This document shows, one piece after another, positions 27,775-42,600 of a stretch of 64,000 bases of DNA (its first letter is position 1; each line of letters starts with the position of its first letter). The position numbers were made by a program, and so were the translations under genes. This stretch comes from the human T2T-CHM13v2.0 reference genome, Homo sapiens: assembly GCF_009914755.1 (NCBI RefSeq), contig NC_060928.1. The stretch is one strand, 5' to 3'. Under the pieces are notes generated by a model. The model was not told the origin of the DNA. It saw only the letters and a program-made list of their open reading frames with translations, and made no database searches.

Positions 27775-30260
27775 AGTCTTGTAGTAGACTAAAATAAATT
27801 CTAGATGAATCCCAAATAATTAATAAAATAAAATTCTCAATTGCTTAGCATAATGTAATAAAATTGAAACTAACAAGAAAACAATAGTTAAAACTCCAAT
27901 ATGTTTAGAAAGTAAAAAGAAACTTCTAAATAATTGGTTACAGAAGAACTCAAGAGATCACAAAAAAAGTATGACAAATTGAAATTTATAAAGTACTTGA
28001 AGCATTTCTTAGGGAAGTTCATAAAGCAGTATAGTTTAGCAGTGCTCAAGTGAATTTATGTATATAAAATAAAATAAAATTAGAAGCTTGAAAGTAATAA
28101 GCCAAATTTTTTTCTACAGAACCAAACAAAGAAAAAAACAGCGAATCTGACAAAAGCAGGATGAAGAATAAAAGAGAAGAGAAGAAATTAAAGAAATAGG
28201 AAGCAGTTATGATGATTAACAAGACTAACAACTAGTTCAAAGAAAAGAAAGCACTAATAAATTAGACAAACATCTGGAAAACTGGTCAAGTGAAAGACAA
28301 AGAATGTAAAAGAAAATATTATGAGGAACATGGGGTCAAATAATAGATATCATCTCTTTTACCCTACAAGTCCAAAGAGAACATGATGATCAATTTTATG
28401 ACTGTGTTTAGACATATTGGATTATTTAAAATAAAATTTACCAAAATCGATGTAAGAAAAAAATAGTGAATCTGAATAGATCAATAACTATTAAAACATT
28501 TAATTGGTAATTACAATTCTCACCCACTTACCTTCTCTCTACAAATACTCCAAGCCCAAAGAGTTCTACCAGGAAGTTTTGCAAGCCCCTTTAACTTACA
28601 GATAATTCTGACTTTATGCTATGTTCCCAGATGATAAAAGAAGTAAAGCTACTTAATCCATTTTTTTTTGAAGGTAGTGTAACTTTATAACCTTGATATC
28701 CAAACTTATAAGGAAAGCATAGTAAGAAAACAAAGGCTAATTTCATTTATAAATGCAGGTGCAAAATTAAAATACTCAATCTCTTTCTCTGGGTCAGTCT
28801 TGCTAGAGAATTTTAGGCAAATTGAATTCACCAGCAACGTTACCAAATGGTGTTTATTTTTGTATAGATCAATCGTTCCACAATAGAAAATATATTTAAG
28901 TATTAATCACATTAATAGACAAATGATGATAAAAATAATCGTCTCTATTATTGCAAGAAAAAGTCATCTTGATTAATGCAATGATATTCACTGTCCTTTT
29001 ATGATAAAAACAATTAACAAACTATTAGTGAACTAGAAATGAAAAGAAATATGATCTGTCTTCCTCAAAATCAGTGTCGTCACTGATACTATTCATGTTG
29101 TGTTGGTGGTTTTAATAATTATAATAAGAGAAGGAAAGGACATAAGAAATGTATAGATTAAACAGAAAAAGACAAAATTGTAATTTTCACATGATATGAT
29201 TTTCCGTGAAAAATGTACAAACGAATCTCCAGACAAATTATTCAAAATAATAAGAAAGTCTAGTGGTTCAGTCAAGATACAATTTATATATAAACTCCAT
29301 AATATTTCTATGTGAAAGTAATAAATACTTGAAAAATGTTATAGAAATTTTGAAAAAAGCATTTGCAATATAACAAAACATATAAGACACCTAGAAATAA
29401 ATCGAAAACAGGTATTCAAGTTCTACATGGTTAAATGTATAAGATAGTTTTGAAGCATATGAAAGGAGACTTGATTAAATGGAGATGTGCGCTAGGTCAG
29501 ATGTGGGAAGATTCAACATCATGAGGATTTCAACTCACCCAAATGTTTCTATAAATTTAATGTGATTCCAATAAAAATGTCATGTTTTTCATGGAATTTG
29601 AGAAAATGACTTAGAAATTCGGAGAAATTAAGTCCAAAAAGATCTGGGTTAATTTTGAAGAGGAAGAAGAAGGAGGAAGAAGGCACACTTGCCATACCAG
29701 TTACTAAGTCTTATTAATATACTTATACAATGTAAACTACTATGGTATTAGCTCAGGAAAGGGCAAGTACATGAGAAGGATGAATGAGAAAGCAAAAACT
29801 AACAAACAGGCAAAACCTCAAAGCCAAAAACCAGAAAACACAGAGACTTTAACTATATGGGATTTCAATTTATGAGAGAAGTGTCACTACAACATGCTGA
29901 AGAATAATAAATGGTGTTGAAATAACTGCAGATCCAAATGTGAAAATAATAGATACATGCATCTAGTTCTATTTGATTAAAGACCTTATGACTTTTTGAA
30001 GAATATGAAGAATATTCTCATTACATTGGAGTAGAGATGATATCTTACACAAGTAACATAAAAACAGAATATAACATAAAGTAAATTGATACACAGCTGT
30101 AAGTAATACTTATATATACAACAAAAGATACAATAAACAAGAATGAGAAATGATGTTTATCACATAGAGAACAATGGATTAATGTCTAGAATAGCTATAT
30201 AGAAATCCTACAAGTCAATAAAGAAAAGATAATGTAATTAAAAATGGGTATTGTGTATGG
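27775..30260 (+). mobile_element. Highly diverged L1 (L1ME-like) ORF2
   Basis: A-rich with recognisable L1 segments (gaatctgaatagatcaataac, ataaccttgatatccaaac, aaatttaatgtgattccaataaaaat, aataaatggtgttg). Confidence 0.7.
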
Positions 30261-30311
30261 GTACTTGCTTACTTTGTTGGATTAAATGTAAATGATCAAG
30301 CTCACATATTA

Positions 30312-30689
<378 letters not shown>

Positions 30690-31039
30690 GATAACGACAG
30701 TACATATCTCATGTAGCCTTTTTCAACACCAACTCAGGAGCTCACAGATATTTTTTTTCTGGAAGAGTCAGAAAAGTCAACTGTTGACCTTGAAGGAAAA
30801 ACGAGAATTGGAGTACCATTTTTGGGGACAGAACAACAATCTTTATATCTCCTCTGGGAGTGTTGAGCACAGGTAATACAAACAAACAATAAACAGAGTT
30901 ACAAGAGGCATTTGATTACATTCAGTCTAAGAATATGCATATTAAAATTTAACAGAAACATCTGAGCATATTTAAATTATAGCAATTTATTGCTGCCATT
31001 TTGGTTTATAGTCTCAGCCTGTTTGTCACATAAACTTCT

Positions 31040-31600
31040 CGGCCCCATAACAATTGGCAAAAGATATAAAGATGCAGTTCAGAAAAAAGGGAAGTCAAAT
31101 AGCTAGTCAATTTTGGAAAGTTTAGTAATGAATAAAATGCATGTTAAAATAATAATGAAATACAATTTTATACCCAATGATTAGCAACAATTTTAAAATC
31201 TGAAAATTTTAAATGTTTAAAATCAAAAATTATAAAGTGAATACTTCAAAATACAGGAACTCTCATCCAGTGCTGAGATGACTGTAAATTTTGGAAAGCA
31301 ATTTGACAACAATATTATTAAAAATGTACTCATCTGATAATTTAGCAATTACTTTTCTTAATATATATTCCAGAGAAACTGTTGGCACATGTATACAAGA
31401 GGACATTTTAAGGAACATTGATTTTAACAGTGAAGACTGGAAACAATCTAAATACATATCAACAGAAGAATGGTCAAATAAATTATGGCATATTTTATAA
31501 TGAAATAGATGATTATAATTAAAATAAAGGAGCTATAGCTATATGTAGTGACGTTGATAGATAAAAAGTCTAATGAGTAAAAAGTAAGAAGCACCTATAC
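31040..31600 (+). mobile_element. L1ME-like 3' region
   Basis: ttttggaaagcaatttgacaa, ctggaaacaatctaaat...gaatggtcaaataaattatggcatatt. Confidence 0.65.
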
Positions 31601-31751
31601 ACTATGATGAAATATCCCTATATATTGGACCTGGTTATCTCTATCTCTATGGAGAGAAGGAATACAAATATGTATAGGAAGGATTTATACCAGAAATAAG
31701 ACAGATTTTCTGTGGATATGAAAGTAGTGAAATGTGACAAAGTAAGGATAC

Positions 31752-31965
31752 TATCTTAGTCCATTTCTGCTGCTATAACAGAATACCACAAACTGGGTAA
31801 TTTATAAAGAAAAGAGATCTATTTGGCTCATGGTTCTGGGAGCTGGGATGTCTAAGAGCATAGTACCAGTATCTGGTGAGGGTCATCCCATGGCGAAAGG
31901 GTGGAAAGACAAAGCCAGCTTTGACAGAGAGAGTAAATTGGGCCAAACTCTTAAACTTTATCACT
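31752..31965 (-). mobile_element. MST/MLT1A LTR fragment
   Basis: tatcttagtccatttctgctgctataacagaataccacaaactgggtaatttataaag. Confidence 0.75.
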
Positions 31966-32761
31966 AATGTGTTGTTTTCCAATAAGAAACAAACAATAAA
32001 CAAAAAGACCTACATCAAAAGAGCTGAAGTAAACATATTCAACTGTTAATATTTGTTAATTGTATATGTTGGGTATATGGGTATTTATTATGTTATTCTC
32101 TGTAATTTTCCATGTTCAGAACCACCAATGAAGATATATATATACAGAACAAGCCGTCAGCCTATATCTGTAAGTGAATGAACTGTAGAGTGAGTGCTCT
32201 ACTAGATAGGCCTGCCAACTATAAGCACAATTTTACACTATATTCTAGGCAGCCAATGTGTCTTCTTCCCCTGATATACTTTTAAGGAAGAAAATTACAT
32301 AAAGTGGCCAGTCCAACACAAAGAATGAGAAGTGCTGGTCCCAGGGTAGTTCTTTACTTAGCATATCATCACCATATAATTTTTCATATTTAAGTGTTAA
32401 ACAAAAAGACCATTTTGTATCAGGGTTAATCTGTGATGATAATTATATGACCTCATTATAATAAGTAAAATTGTTTTCTAATAAAGCTATAAAGAATGAA
32501 AATGTGGACCAAAATTAATTTAATATTCATAGATATCAAATCCTTACAGATTGTGAATAAATTTTGGGGTCAAGTACTATTCTTGAGCACTTACAGTATA
32601 ATTTAGGATGTTCAATTTTTTATGCTATGATATTCTCTCAATATTGTACATAGATTTCTATATTTGATAGGTTGATATCAATAAGCATTAAAATGAAATG
32701 TCCAAATCTAATAAATTACTACAGAATTTTCCCATCTTTCATGTTCTATTTAGTTTTTCAG

Positions 32762-32810
32762 GTCAAAGTAAAATCGAGAATAGAATATTCAAACCACATG
32801 GTGTCTTACA
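32762..32810 (+). other. Candidate micro-exon (49 nt)
   Basis: Acceptor ttctatttagtttttcAG at 32760-61, donor ACA|gtgagt at 32810/32811; frame 0 open (VKVKSRIEYSNHMVSY). Confidence 0.25.
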
Positions 32811-34019
32811 GTGAGTTGTGACAGTGGGACAATAGTTTATTTTAACATAAATCAAAAGGAACTGAAACAAAATCAATTTGCAATGCATTAATGGTCTTAT
32901 TATTGAATTGTTCCATGTTTCACAAAAAACATTTGATGTACTGAGCAATCCGTTGTGTAATAGAAAGTGTTTTCCAAATATCACAGTGTTTTAATTAAGA
33001 CTTTTTGTGTCTTTTCCTCTAAGTACATTAAAAGGAACTTTATGTACCCTCATTCTCTTTTGGATAGGGCTCTGTTATGTCGTGAATATGATTATTTTCA
33101 GCAGAACTAAGAGTAACATGCTTTGATGAGCGTAAATCTCAAAAGTTGAGTTCTTGAGAATTGTCTTCATAATGAAGATTTTGTCTACTTGAATCATGGC
33201 CAACAATCTCAACTTTGGAGAGCTGCTTATGGGATTTACCTAACACTTGTTGCTGTGTCATTAACAAGGCATCAACCCCTCTTAGGACAGCTCACGGGTG
33301 TCTTCTGTGCTGATGTGACATTTTATATGAGCAGATTTAGGGGGTGATAGAAGGGCACTTGCAACTTTAATTTTCCAGCCTTAAAGGACAACCTCATGAT
33401 ATCAGAGGCTAACTTATAGCCCAGAAGGTGATGACCTTCCTCTGTTAAAAGTTTAATGTGTCTCCTGCTACTTCTTAATTGTTCAGCTTTTATCTTATTT
33501 CAGTGATCATTCTTGGGGCTCGGATTTTCATGGAGTTAGTGATTTACTAGTCTCTGAGGTACTCAGTCCAAACTCCATGCCAAAAGCACTCAGAGGTGAA
33601 GAGAGGTGAAGGATAAGGATGACTGCCAGGAGAATAAAATTTGGTTGTCAATAAACAGGGAAACCTCCAAGTTGTTATTCTAAAGATTTAGATGGTGTTA
33701 AGGGCCACATGGAGCCCTGTCCTGTGTTAGTAATATAATGGGACCTGCTGTATTCTCTGAGATGTTTCTTTCATCTCAACTCCTTCAGCCAATATCAAAT
33801 TCTTTCTTCTTATGAAATAGGAACTCATTCACTGACTCATCTAAACCCTCAAGGAAACAAGTATAACGATTTCATTTTAGTCTTTCTTAGATTATGATCT
33901 TGGGTGAAATGAGAAAGAAGCACTGTTGGTAAAAATTTATACCTCACTACTATGAATATTTGCTAACTCTAAGAGGGAGCCAGAAACAAGGAGGGAGGTA
34001 AATACCCAAAGAAAAAAAC

Positions 34020-34185
34020 AAGAGTGAGGTAGAGAAACATGGAGGAGAGAGTGAATGGGAGAGAGAGAGTGAGAGAAGGAGTGGAGGAGTGGGGGTGAGA
34101 GAGAGAGAGAGAGAGAAGAAATAGATGAGGGAAGACAAAAAGAAAGAGAGAAAGAGAGATGAGAGAGAGGAGAAGAGAAAATGAG
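34020..34185. repeat. GA-rich low-complexity tract
   Basis: Seen directly; source of the Ser/Leu-rich minus-strand ORFs. Confidence 0.85.
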
Positions 34186-35619
34186 AACCTGAAAGACAGT
34201 TTGTGTTTGATCACACATGTGGACACATCTAAAAGATTCCATAACTTTGTTTTTCAGTTAAATTGGATGTTTTCATCTTCATTATGGTTTAAGTCAGGCA
34301 TTTTAAGTCTAAGTAGTCAGACCACTTCAGTTGTTTTAACACCCCACACTAAATGACTGAACAGCTAAAACTGCCCAATTGGGTCAACCATTTAGCAATC
34401 CCAGGGACTGAACAAGTGATTGATGTGGTATATGAGGCAGGCTCAAACTGTAATTTGTTACTTCAGAGAAAGAAAGCTAACAAATTCTTTTGGGAAACCC
34501 AAGAGGGATTGGATAAACTTGTGTTAAGTGATAGGACAATAATATTACATTACTGGATGGTTAGTCCTAAAGACAATCTTCCACATGTGAAAGGAAAAAT
34601 AGGCTCCAAAAGTTGGTCTGCCTAAATATATTGCCAACTCTGTCTTTCCAAAAGAGACAAGCAGCCTCCATGTGTTGGGCTTGAGGAAATTAATCCCATC
34701 CTCTGCTCCTCAGAATGGAAGCTGATTGAGAACTAGGCACAGGAGTCAGAAAATTGAAATGTCAACGTTATTGAAAGGAAACCTAGCTTGACAAATGTAG
34801 CTTGAATGTGGTCTCTTTGGACTTCCTAACCTTTTTTTCTATAGTTATATCTGAATTCACTTGAGGAGCAAGGCCTCCAAAGCAGTCCCTTATCAACCAG
34901 CAATGCCTCACCATGTCGAAACTGAAAGCCCAAGATTAAAGGTGCATAAGGGAAGAGGCCACCTGTGTGCAGTGACTTACTGTGGTAACCCTGACCACTG
35001 CAGAAATATGGATCAATGAATATCAGACTCTTCAACATGTCAAACAGACAAATCATTGCTCTTCCTGTGGAGAGGAACAAATGAGATCTTAAAGGAAACA
35101 GATGCTTTTAACCAACACTTCTGAGACAGCAGAAGCTCTATTTTATAGACCAGTAGGAAAAGAAACAGAGAGGGTGGCTTCTCCCAAACTACATACTGAA
35201 AGCACCCTTATTTTACTTACAATGTTGGTAAAAGAACCCACCTGAATATGGGAAATTGTAGCTAGTCTTGTGGGGTGCTAAGAGGTTCCAAGTTTATTAC
35301 AGAGAAGGATGTGAGACAATGGAGTGTGGGCAATGTAATGGGAATTCACATTTGTGGAGCACCAACTGTGTCAAATACCATGTTAGACTCTTACTATCAG
35401 CAATTGTGAGGTTATTCTCTAAGGGTAGGCAGCTCAGAAAAGAGAAGTAAGGCACAAGTCTAAGTCATTTGAGAGTCAAATAGGAATATTCTTCCATTAT
35501 ACTTCACTGTTACTCTAAATACTACTGCTACCTTTGGACTTATGGACAAAGCCTTCTAAAGAATAGCATCTTACTACCATTGCAAAGATGAGTAGTCCTG
35601 CAAAAAATGATTCATACTT

Positions 35620-36030
35620 GCAAAGTACTGGAAACAGTCCAAATGCTCATCAATGGACACATGAATAAAAAAGTGGTAGTTTCATAGAATAGAATACTAT
35701 TCAACAACCAAAAGGAAGGAACTACTGATAAATACAACAACATGGGAAAAACTCTAAAAAATTATGCTAAGTGAAAGAAGACAGTCACAAAAGCTCACAT
35801 TTTATCTTATGTTTACATTAACATAAAAAATTCAAAAAGACAAATCTACGGAGGCAAAAAGTTTGCCTGGGGCTGATTGTAGGGAGATAGAAATTGACTG
35901 CAAATGGGCATGAAGAAACTTTAGAAGCATGGAAAAGCTTCTAAAATTGGATATGGTGGTGGTTGTAAAATTCTATAATTTTAAAAATAATTGAATTGTA
36001 CACTTAAAATGGATAAATTTTATGGTGTAT
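35620..36030 (+). mobile_element. L1M (ME/MB-like) 3' end
   Basis: ctggaaacagtccaaatg...attatgctaagtgaaagaag...attgaattgtacacttaaaatggataaattttatgg. Confidence 0.75.
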
Positions 36031-36229
36031 ACGATTAACTTTCTTCCAATCAAAAAGGCAGAAGTCACTCTGAATTGGACAGTAGACAAAGGAATTGTGG
36101 GTGTGGTTTCCCTTTCCCTTGTTCATTCCTAAATTAGTAGCAACCACTTGGCTCCAGCAGGCCTTGCAGTACAATGCTTGACAAATGGTACCTTGGCGAA
36201 TATATCCAATAGTCCTCTGATGAAGACTG

Positions 36230-36655
36230 ATAGTGGCAAAGACTAATCAGCTGCTTACCAAACTCATCTCCTCTTTTCTCAGGCACAGAGAGAGACATAG
36301 TGTCCCAATCTCTCTTGCAGTTGGGGTGACCGTGAGACAGAGTACTGAGTTCACTGGTCAGAGAAATGGAGTCAGAAATGATTGTGCTGCTTCCATGCAC
36401 AGTCCATTAAAAGCTTTTCACACACGAGCCTCCTATTTATTGTTCCAGTCTGCAAGTTGGAAATCCATGCCCAGGGAGACCTCAGAACTAAGTGTTGAAA
36501 AATGGCAGAACCATAAGTTGAAGGAGCTTGGATTTCTGGGTCACTTCTTACGGGAGAGGCCCCAGTTATCAGAAATACCTTCAACAGACTTCACATGAAT
36601 TAGAAATGAATTTCTCTCATGTTGGAGTCATTTTGAAGCATGACTTTAACTAACA
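36230..36655 (+). mobile_element. Old MLT1 LTR
   Basis: cccaatctctcttgcagttggggtgacc, gttgaaaaatggcagaacca...gaaggagcttgg, gacttcacatgaattagaaatgaatttc. Confidence 0.55.
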
Positions 36656-36674
36656 TATTCTTTATCTCCTTTTT

Positions 36675-39600
36675 TAAAAAAACATTCTTCTTTTATTATA
36701 CTTTAAGTTCTGGCTAGATGTGCAGAACGTGCAGTTTTGTTACATAGATATACACGTGCCATGGTGGTTTGCTGCACCCATCAACCTGTCACCTATATTA
36801 GATATTTCTCCTAATGCTATCCCTCCCTTAGCCCCCCACCCCCTGACAGGCCCCAGTGTGTGATGTTCCCCTCCCTATGTCCATGTGTCCTCATTGTTCA
36901 ACTCCCACTTATGAGTGAGATCATGCAGTGTTTGGTTTTCTGTTCTTGCGATAGTTTGCTGAGAATCATGGTTTCCAGCTTCATCCATGTCCCTGCAGAG
37001 GACATGAACTCATCTTTTTATGGCTGCATAGTATCCCATGATGTATATGTGCCACATTGACTTCATCCAGTCTATTATTAATGGGCATTTGGGTTGGTTC
37101 CAAGTCTTTGCTATTGTGAACAGTGCTGCAATAAACATATGTGTGCATGTGTCTTTATAGTAGAATGATTTATAATCCTTTGGGTATATACCCAGTAATG
37201 GGATTGCTGGGTCAAATGGTATTTCTAGTTCTAGATCCTTGAGGAATTGCCACACTGTCTTCCACAATGGTTGAACTAATTTACACTCCCACCAACGTTG
37301 TATAAGTGTCACTATTTCTCCACATCCTCTCCAGCATCTGTTGTTTCCTTTTTAAAGATCACCATTCTAACTAGCATGAGGTGGTATCTCATTATGGTTT
37401 TAATTTGCATTTCTCTAATGACTAGTGATGATGAGCATTTCTACATATGTCTGTTAGCTGCATAAATATCTTCTTTTGAGACGTGTCTGTTGATATCCTT
37501 CGCCCACTTTTTGATGGGGTTTTTTTTTTCTTGTAAATTTGTTTAAGTTCTTTGTAGATTCTGGATATTAGCCCTTTGTCAGATGGATAGATTGCAAAAA
37601 TTTTCTCCCATTCTGTAGGTTGCCTGTTCACTCTGATGATAGTTTCTTTTGCTGTGCAGAAGCTCTTTAGTTTAGTTAGATCCCATTTGTCAATTTTGGG
37701 TTTTGTTGCCATTGCTTTTGGTGTTTTAGACATGAAGTCTTTGCCCATGCCTATGTCGTGAATGGTATTGCCCAGGTTTTCTTCTAGGATTTTTAAGGTC
37801 CTAGGTCTTACATTTAAGTCTTTGTTCCATCTTGAGTTGATTTTTGTGTAAGGTGTAAGGAAGGGGTCCAGTTTCAGTTTTCTGTGTATGGCTAGCCAGT
37901 TATCCCAATACCATTTATTAAATAGGGAATCTTTTCCCCATTGCTTGTGCATGTCAGATTTGTCAAAGATCAGATGGTTGTAGGTGTGTGGTGTTATTTC
38001 TGAGGCCTCTGTTCTGTTCCATTGGTCTATATATCTGTTTTGGTACCAGTACCATGCTGTTTTGGTTACTGTAGACTTTCCATATAGTTTGAAGTCAGGT
38101 AGTGTGATGCCTCCAGCTTTGTTCTTCTTGACCAGAATTTTCTTGGCTATGCAGGCTCTTTTTTGGTTCCATAAGAAATTTAAAGTAGTTTTTTCCAATT
38201 CTGTGAAGAAAGTCATTGGTAGCTTGATGGGGATAGCATTGAATCTATAAATTACTTTGGGCAGTATGGCCATTTTCATGATATGGATTCTTCCTATCCA
38301 TGAGCATGGAATGTTTTTCCATTTGTTTGTGTCCTCTCTTATTTCCTTGAGCAGTGGTTTATAGTTCTCCTTGAAGAGGTCCTTCATATCCCTTGTAAGT
38401 TGGATTCATAGGTATTTTATTCTTTGTAGCAATTGTGAATGGGAGTTCACTCATGATTTGGCTCTCTGTTTGTCTGTTGTTGGTGTATAGGAATGCTTGT
38501 ATTTTTGCACATTGATTTTGTATCCTGAGACTTTGCTGAAGTTGCTTATAAGCTTAAGGAGATTTTAGGCTGAGGCGAAGGGGCTTTCTAAATATATAAT
38601 AATGTCATCTGCAAACAGAGACAATTTGACTTCCTCTTTTCCTAATTGAATATCCTTTATTTCTTTCTCTTGCCTGATTGCCCTGGCCAGAAATTCCAAT
38701 ACGATGTTGAATAGGAGTGGTGAGAGAGGGCATCCTTTTCTTGTGCAGGTTTTCAAAGGGAATGCTTCCAGTTTTTGCCCATTCAATGTGATATTGGCTG
38801 TGAGTTTGTTATAAATAGCTCTTATGTTGAGATACATTCCGTCGATACCTAGTTTATGGAGAATTTTTAGCATGAATGGGTGTTGAATTTTGTTGAAGGC
38901 CTTTTCTGCATCTATTAAGATAATCATGTGGTTTTTGTCATTGGTTTTGTTTATGTGATTGATCATGCTTATTGATTTGCATATGTTGAACCAACCTTGT
39001 ATCCCAGGGATGAAGCTGACTTGATTGTGGTGGATAAGCTTTTTGATGTGCTGTTGGATTCAGTTTGCCAGTATTTTATTGAGGATATTCTCATCAATAT
39101 TCATCAGGGATATTGGCCTGAAATTTTTTGTTGTTGTTGTGTCTCTGACAGGTTTTGGAATCAGGATGATGCTGGCCTCATAAAATGAATTAGGGAGGAT
39201 TCCCTTTTTTTCTATTGTTTGGAATAATTTCAGAAGGAATGATACCAGCTCCTCTTTGTACCTCTGGTAGGATTTGGCTGTGAATCCATCTGGTCCTGGA
39301 CTTTTTTTTGGTTGGTAGGCTATTAATTACTGCCTCAATATCAGAACTTATTATTGGTTTATTCAGGGATTAGACTTCTTCCTGGTTTAGAATTGGTAGG
39401 GTGTATGTGTCCAGGAATTTATCCATTTCGTCTAGATTTTCTACTTTATTTGCATAGAGGTGTTTATAGTATTCTCTGATGGTAGTTTGTATTTCTGTGG
39501 GATCGGTGGTGATATCCCCTATATCATCTTTATTACAACTATTCGATTCTTCTCTCTTTCCTTCTTTATTTGTCTGTCTAGTGGTCTATTTTGTTGATCT

Positions 39601-42600
39601 TTTCAAAAAACCAACTCCTGGATTCATTAAATTTTGAAGGGTTCTTGTGTCTCCATTTCCTTCAGTTCTGCTCTGATCTTAGTTATTTCTTGTCTTCTGC
39701 TAGATTTTGAATTTGTTTGCTGTTACTTCTCTATTTTTCTTTAATTTTAATATTAGGATGTCAATTTTAGATCTTTCCTGCTTTCTCTTGTGGGCATTTA
39801 GTGCTATAAATTTCCCTCTACACACTGCTTTAAATGTGTCCCAGAGATTCTGGTACTTTGTGTCTTCGTTCTCATTGGTTTCAAAGAATATCTTTATTTC
39901 TGTCTTTATTTCGTTATTTACCCAGTAGTCATTCAGGAGTAGGTTGTTCAGTTTCCATGTAGTTGTGCAGTTTTGAGTGAGTTCCTTAATCCTGAGATCT
40001 AATTTGATTGCACTGTGGTCTGAGAGACTGTTATGATTTCTGTTCTTTTGCACTTGCTGAGGAGTGTTTTACTTCCAATTATATGGTCAATTTTAGAATA
40101 AGTGCAATGAGGTGCTAAGAAGAATGTATATTCTGTTCATTTGGGGTGGAGACTTCTGTAGATGTCTATTAGTTCCTCTTGGTCCAGAGCTGAGTTCAAG
40201 TCCTGAATATTTTTGTTAATTTTCTGTCTCGTTGATCTGTCTAATATTGACAGTGATGTGTTGAAGTCTCCCACTATTATTGTGTGGGCATCTAAGTTTC
40301 TTTGTAGGTCTCTAAGGACTTGCTTTATGAATCTGGGTGCTCCTGTATTGGGTGCATATATATTTGATATAGTTAGCTCTTTTTGCTGCATTGATCCCTT
40401 TACTATTATGTAATGCCCTTCTTTGTCTTTTCTGATCTTTGTTGGTTTAAAGTCTGTTTTAGCAGAGATTAGGATTGCAACTCCTGCTTTTATTTTTTTA
40501 TGTTATTTTATTTTATTTTTTTGCTTTCCATTTGCCTGGTAAATATTCCTCCATCCCTTTATTTTGAGCCTATATGTGTCTTTCCACGTGAGATGGGTCT
40601 CCTGAATACAGCACACCGATGGGTCTTAACTCTTCGTCCAATTTGCCAGTCTGTGTCTTTCAACTGGGGCATTTAGCCCATTTACATTTAAGGTTAATAT
40701 TGTTATGTGTGAATTTGATTCTGTCATTATGATGCTAGCTGGTTGTTTTGCCCATTAGTTGATTCAGTTTCTTCATAGTGTCAATATTCTTTACAATTTT
40801 GTATGTTTTTGTAGTGGCAGGTACCAGTTCCTATCCATGTTTAGTGCTTCCTTCAGGAACTCTTGTAAGGCAGGCCTGGTGCTGACAAAATCTCTCAGTA
40901 TTTGCTTGTCTGTAAAGGATTTTATTTCTCCTTCACTTATGAAGCTTAGTGTGGCTGGATATGAGATTCTGGGTTGAAAATTCTTTCCTTTAAGAACGTT
41001 GAATACTGGCCCCCAGTCTCTTCTGGCTTGTAGGGTTTCTGCTGATAGATCTGCTGTTAGTCTGATGGGCTTCCCTTTGTGGGTAAACCGACCTTTCTCT
41101 CTGGCTGCCCTTAACATTTTTTCCTTCATTTTAACCTTGGTGAATCTGACGATTATGTGTGTTGGGGTTGCTCTTCTCGAGGGGTATCTTTGTGGTATTC
41201 TCTGTATTTCCTGAATTTGAATGTTGGCCTGTCTTGCTGGGTTGGGGAAGTTCTCCTGGATAATATCCTGAAAAGTGTTTTCCAAATTGGTTTCATTCTC
41301 CTCATCGCTTTCAGGTACACCAATCAAATGTAGATTTGGTCTTTTCACATGGTCCCATATTTCTGGGGGCTTTGTTCATTCCTTTTTATTCTTGTTTCTC
41401 TAATCTTGTCTTCTCTCTTTATTTCATTAAGTTGATCTTCAATCACTGATATCCTTTCTTCTGCTTGATCGATTCAGCTATTGAAACTTGTGTATACTTC
41501 ACGAAGTTCTCGTGCTGTGTTTTTCAGCTCCATCAGGTCACTTTTGTTCTTCTCTACACTGGTTATTCTAGTTAGCAATTCGTCTGTAACCTTTTTTCAA
41601 GGTTCTTAGCTTCCTTGCACTGGGTTAGAACATGCTCCTTTAGCTCGGAGAAGTTTGTTATTACCTACCTTCTGAAGCCTACTCCTGTCAATTTGTCAAA
41701 CTCATTCTCCATCTAGTTTTGTTCCCTTGCTAGCAAGGAGTTGTGATTTTTTTGGAGGAGAAGAGACATTCTGGGTTTTGGAATTTTCAGCCTTTTTGTG
41801 CTGGTTTCTCCCCACCTTTGTGGATTTATCTACCTTTGGTCTTTGATGTTGGTGACCTTCAGATGGGGTCTTTGAGTGGATATGGTATTCCTTTCTGTTT
41901 GTTAGTTTTCCTTCTGACAGTCAGGCCCCTGTGCTGCCAGTCTGTTGGAGTTTGCTGGAGGTCCACTCCCGATCCTGTTTGCCTGGTTATCACCAGCAGA
42001 GGCTGCAGAACAGCAAAGATGGTTGCCTGATCTTTCCTTTGGAAGCTTCATCCCAGAGGGGCATCTGCCAGATGCCAGCCAGAGCTCTCTTGTATGAGGT
42101 GTCTGTTGGCCGCTACGGGGAGGTGTCTCCCAGTCAGGATACACGGGGGTCAGGGACCCACTTGAGGAGGCAGTCTGACCCTTAGCAGAGCTCAAACGCT
42201 GTGCTGGGAGGTCCACTGCTCTCTTCAGAGGTGTCAGGCAGGAACGTTTCAGTCTGCTAAAGCTTCATCCACAGTCGCCCCTTCCCCCAGGTGCTCTGTC
42301 CCAGGGAGATGGGGGTTTGTGTATAAGTCCCTGACTGGGGCTGCTGCCTTTTTTCTCCAGAGATGCCCTGACCAGAGAGGAGGAATCTAGAGAGGCAGTC
42401 TGGCCGCAGTGGCCTTGCTGAGCTGCAGTGGGCTCTGCCTAGTTTGAACTGCCCAGTGGCTTTGTTTACACTGTTAGTGTAAAACTGCCTACTCAAGCCT
42501 CAGTAATGGCGGATGTCCCTCCCCGCACCAAGCTGGAACATCTCGGTGGATCTCAGACTGCTGCTGTGCTGGCAGCAAGAATTTCAAGTCAGTGGGTCTT

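Noticed and set aside
37422-41348. L1PA7 ORF1/ORF2 as a retrotransposition-competent L1
   Set aside because: Both ORFs are broken into several pieces.
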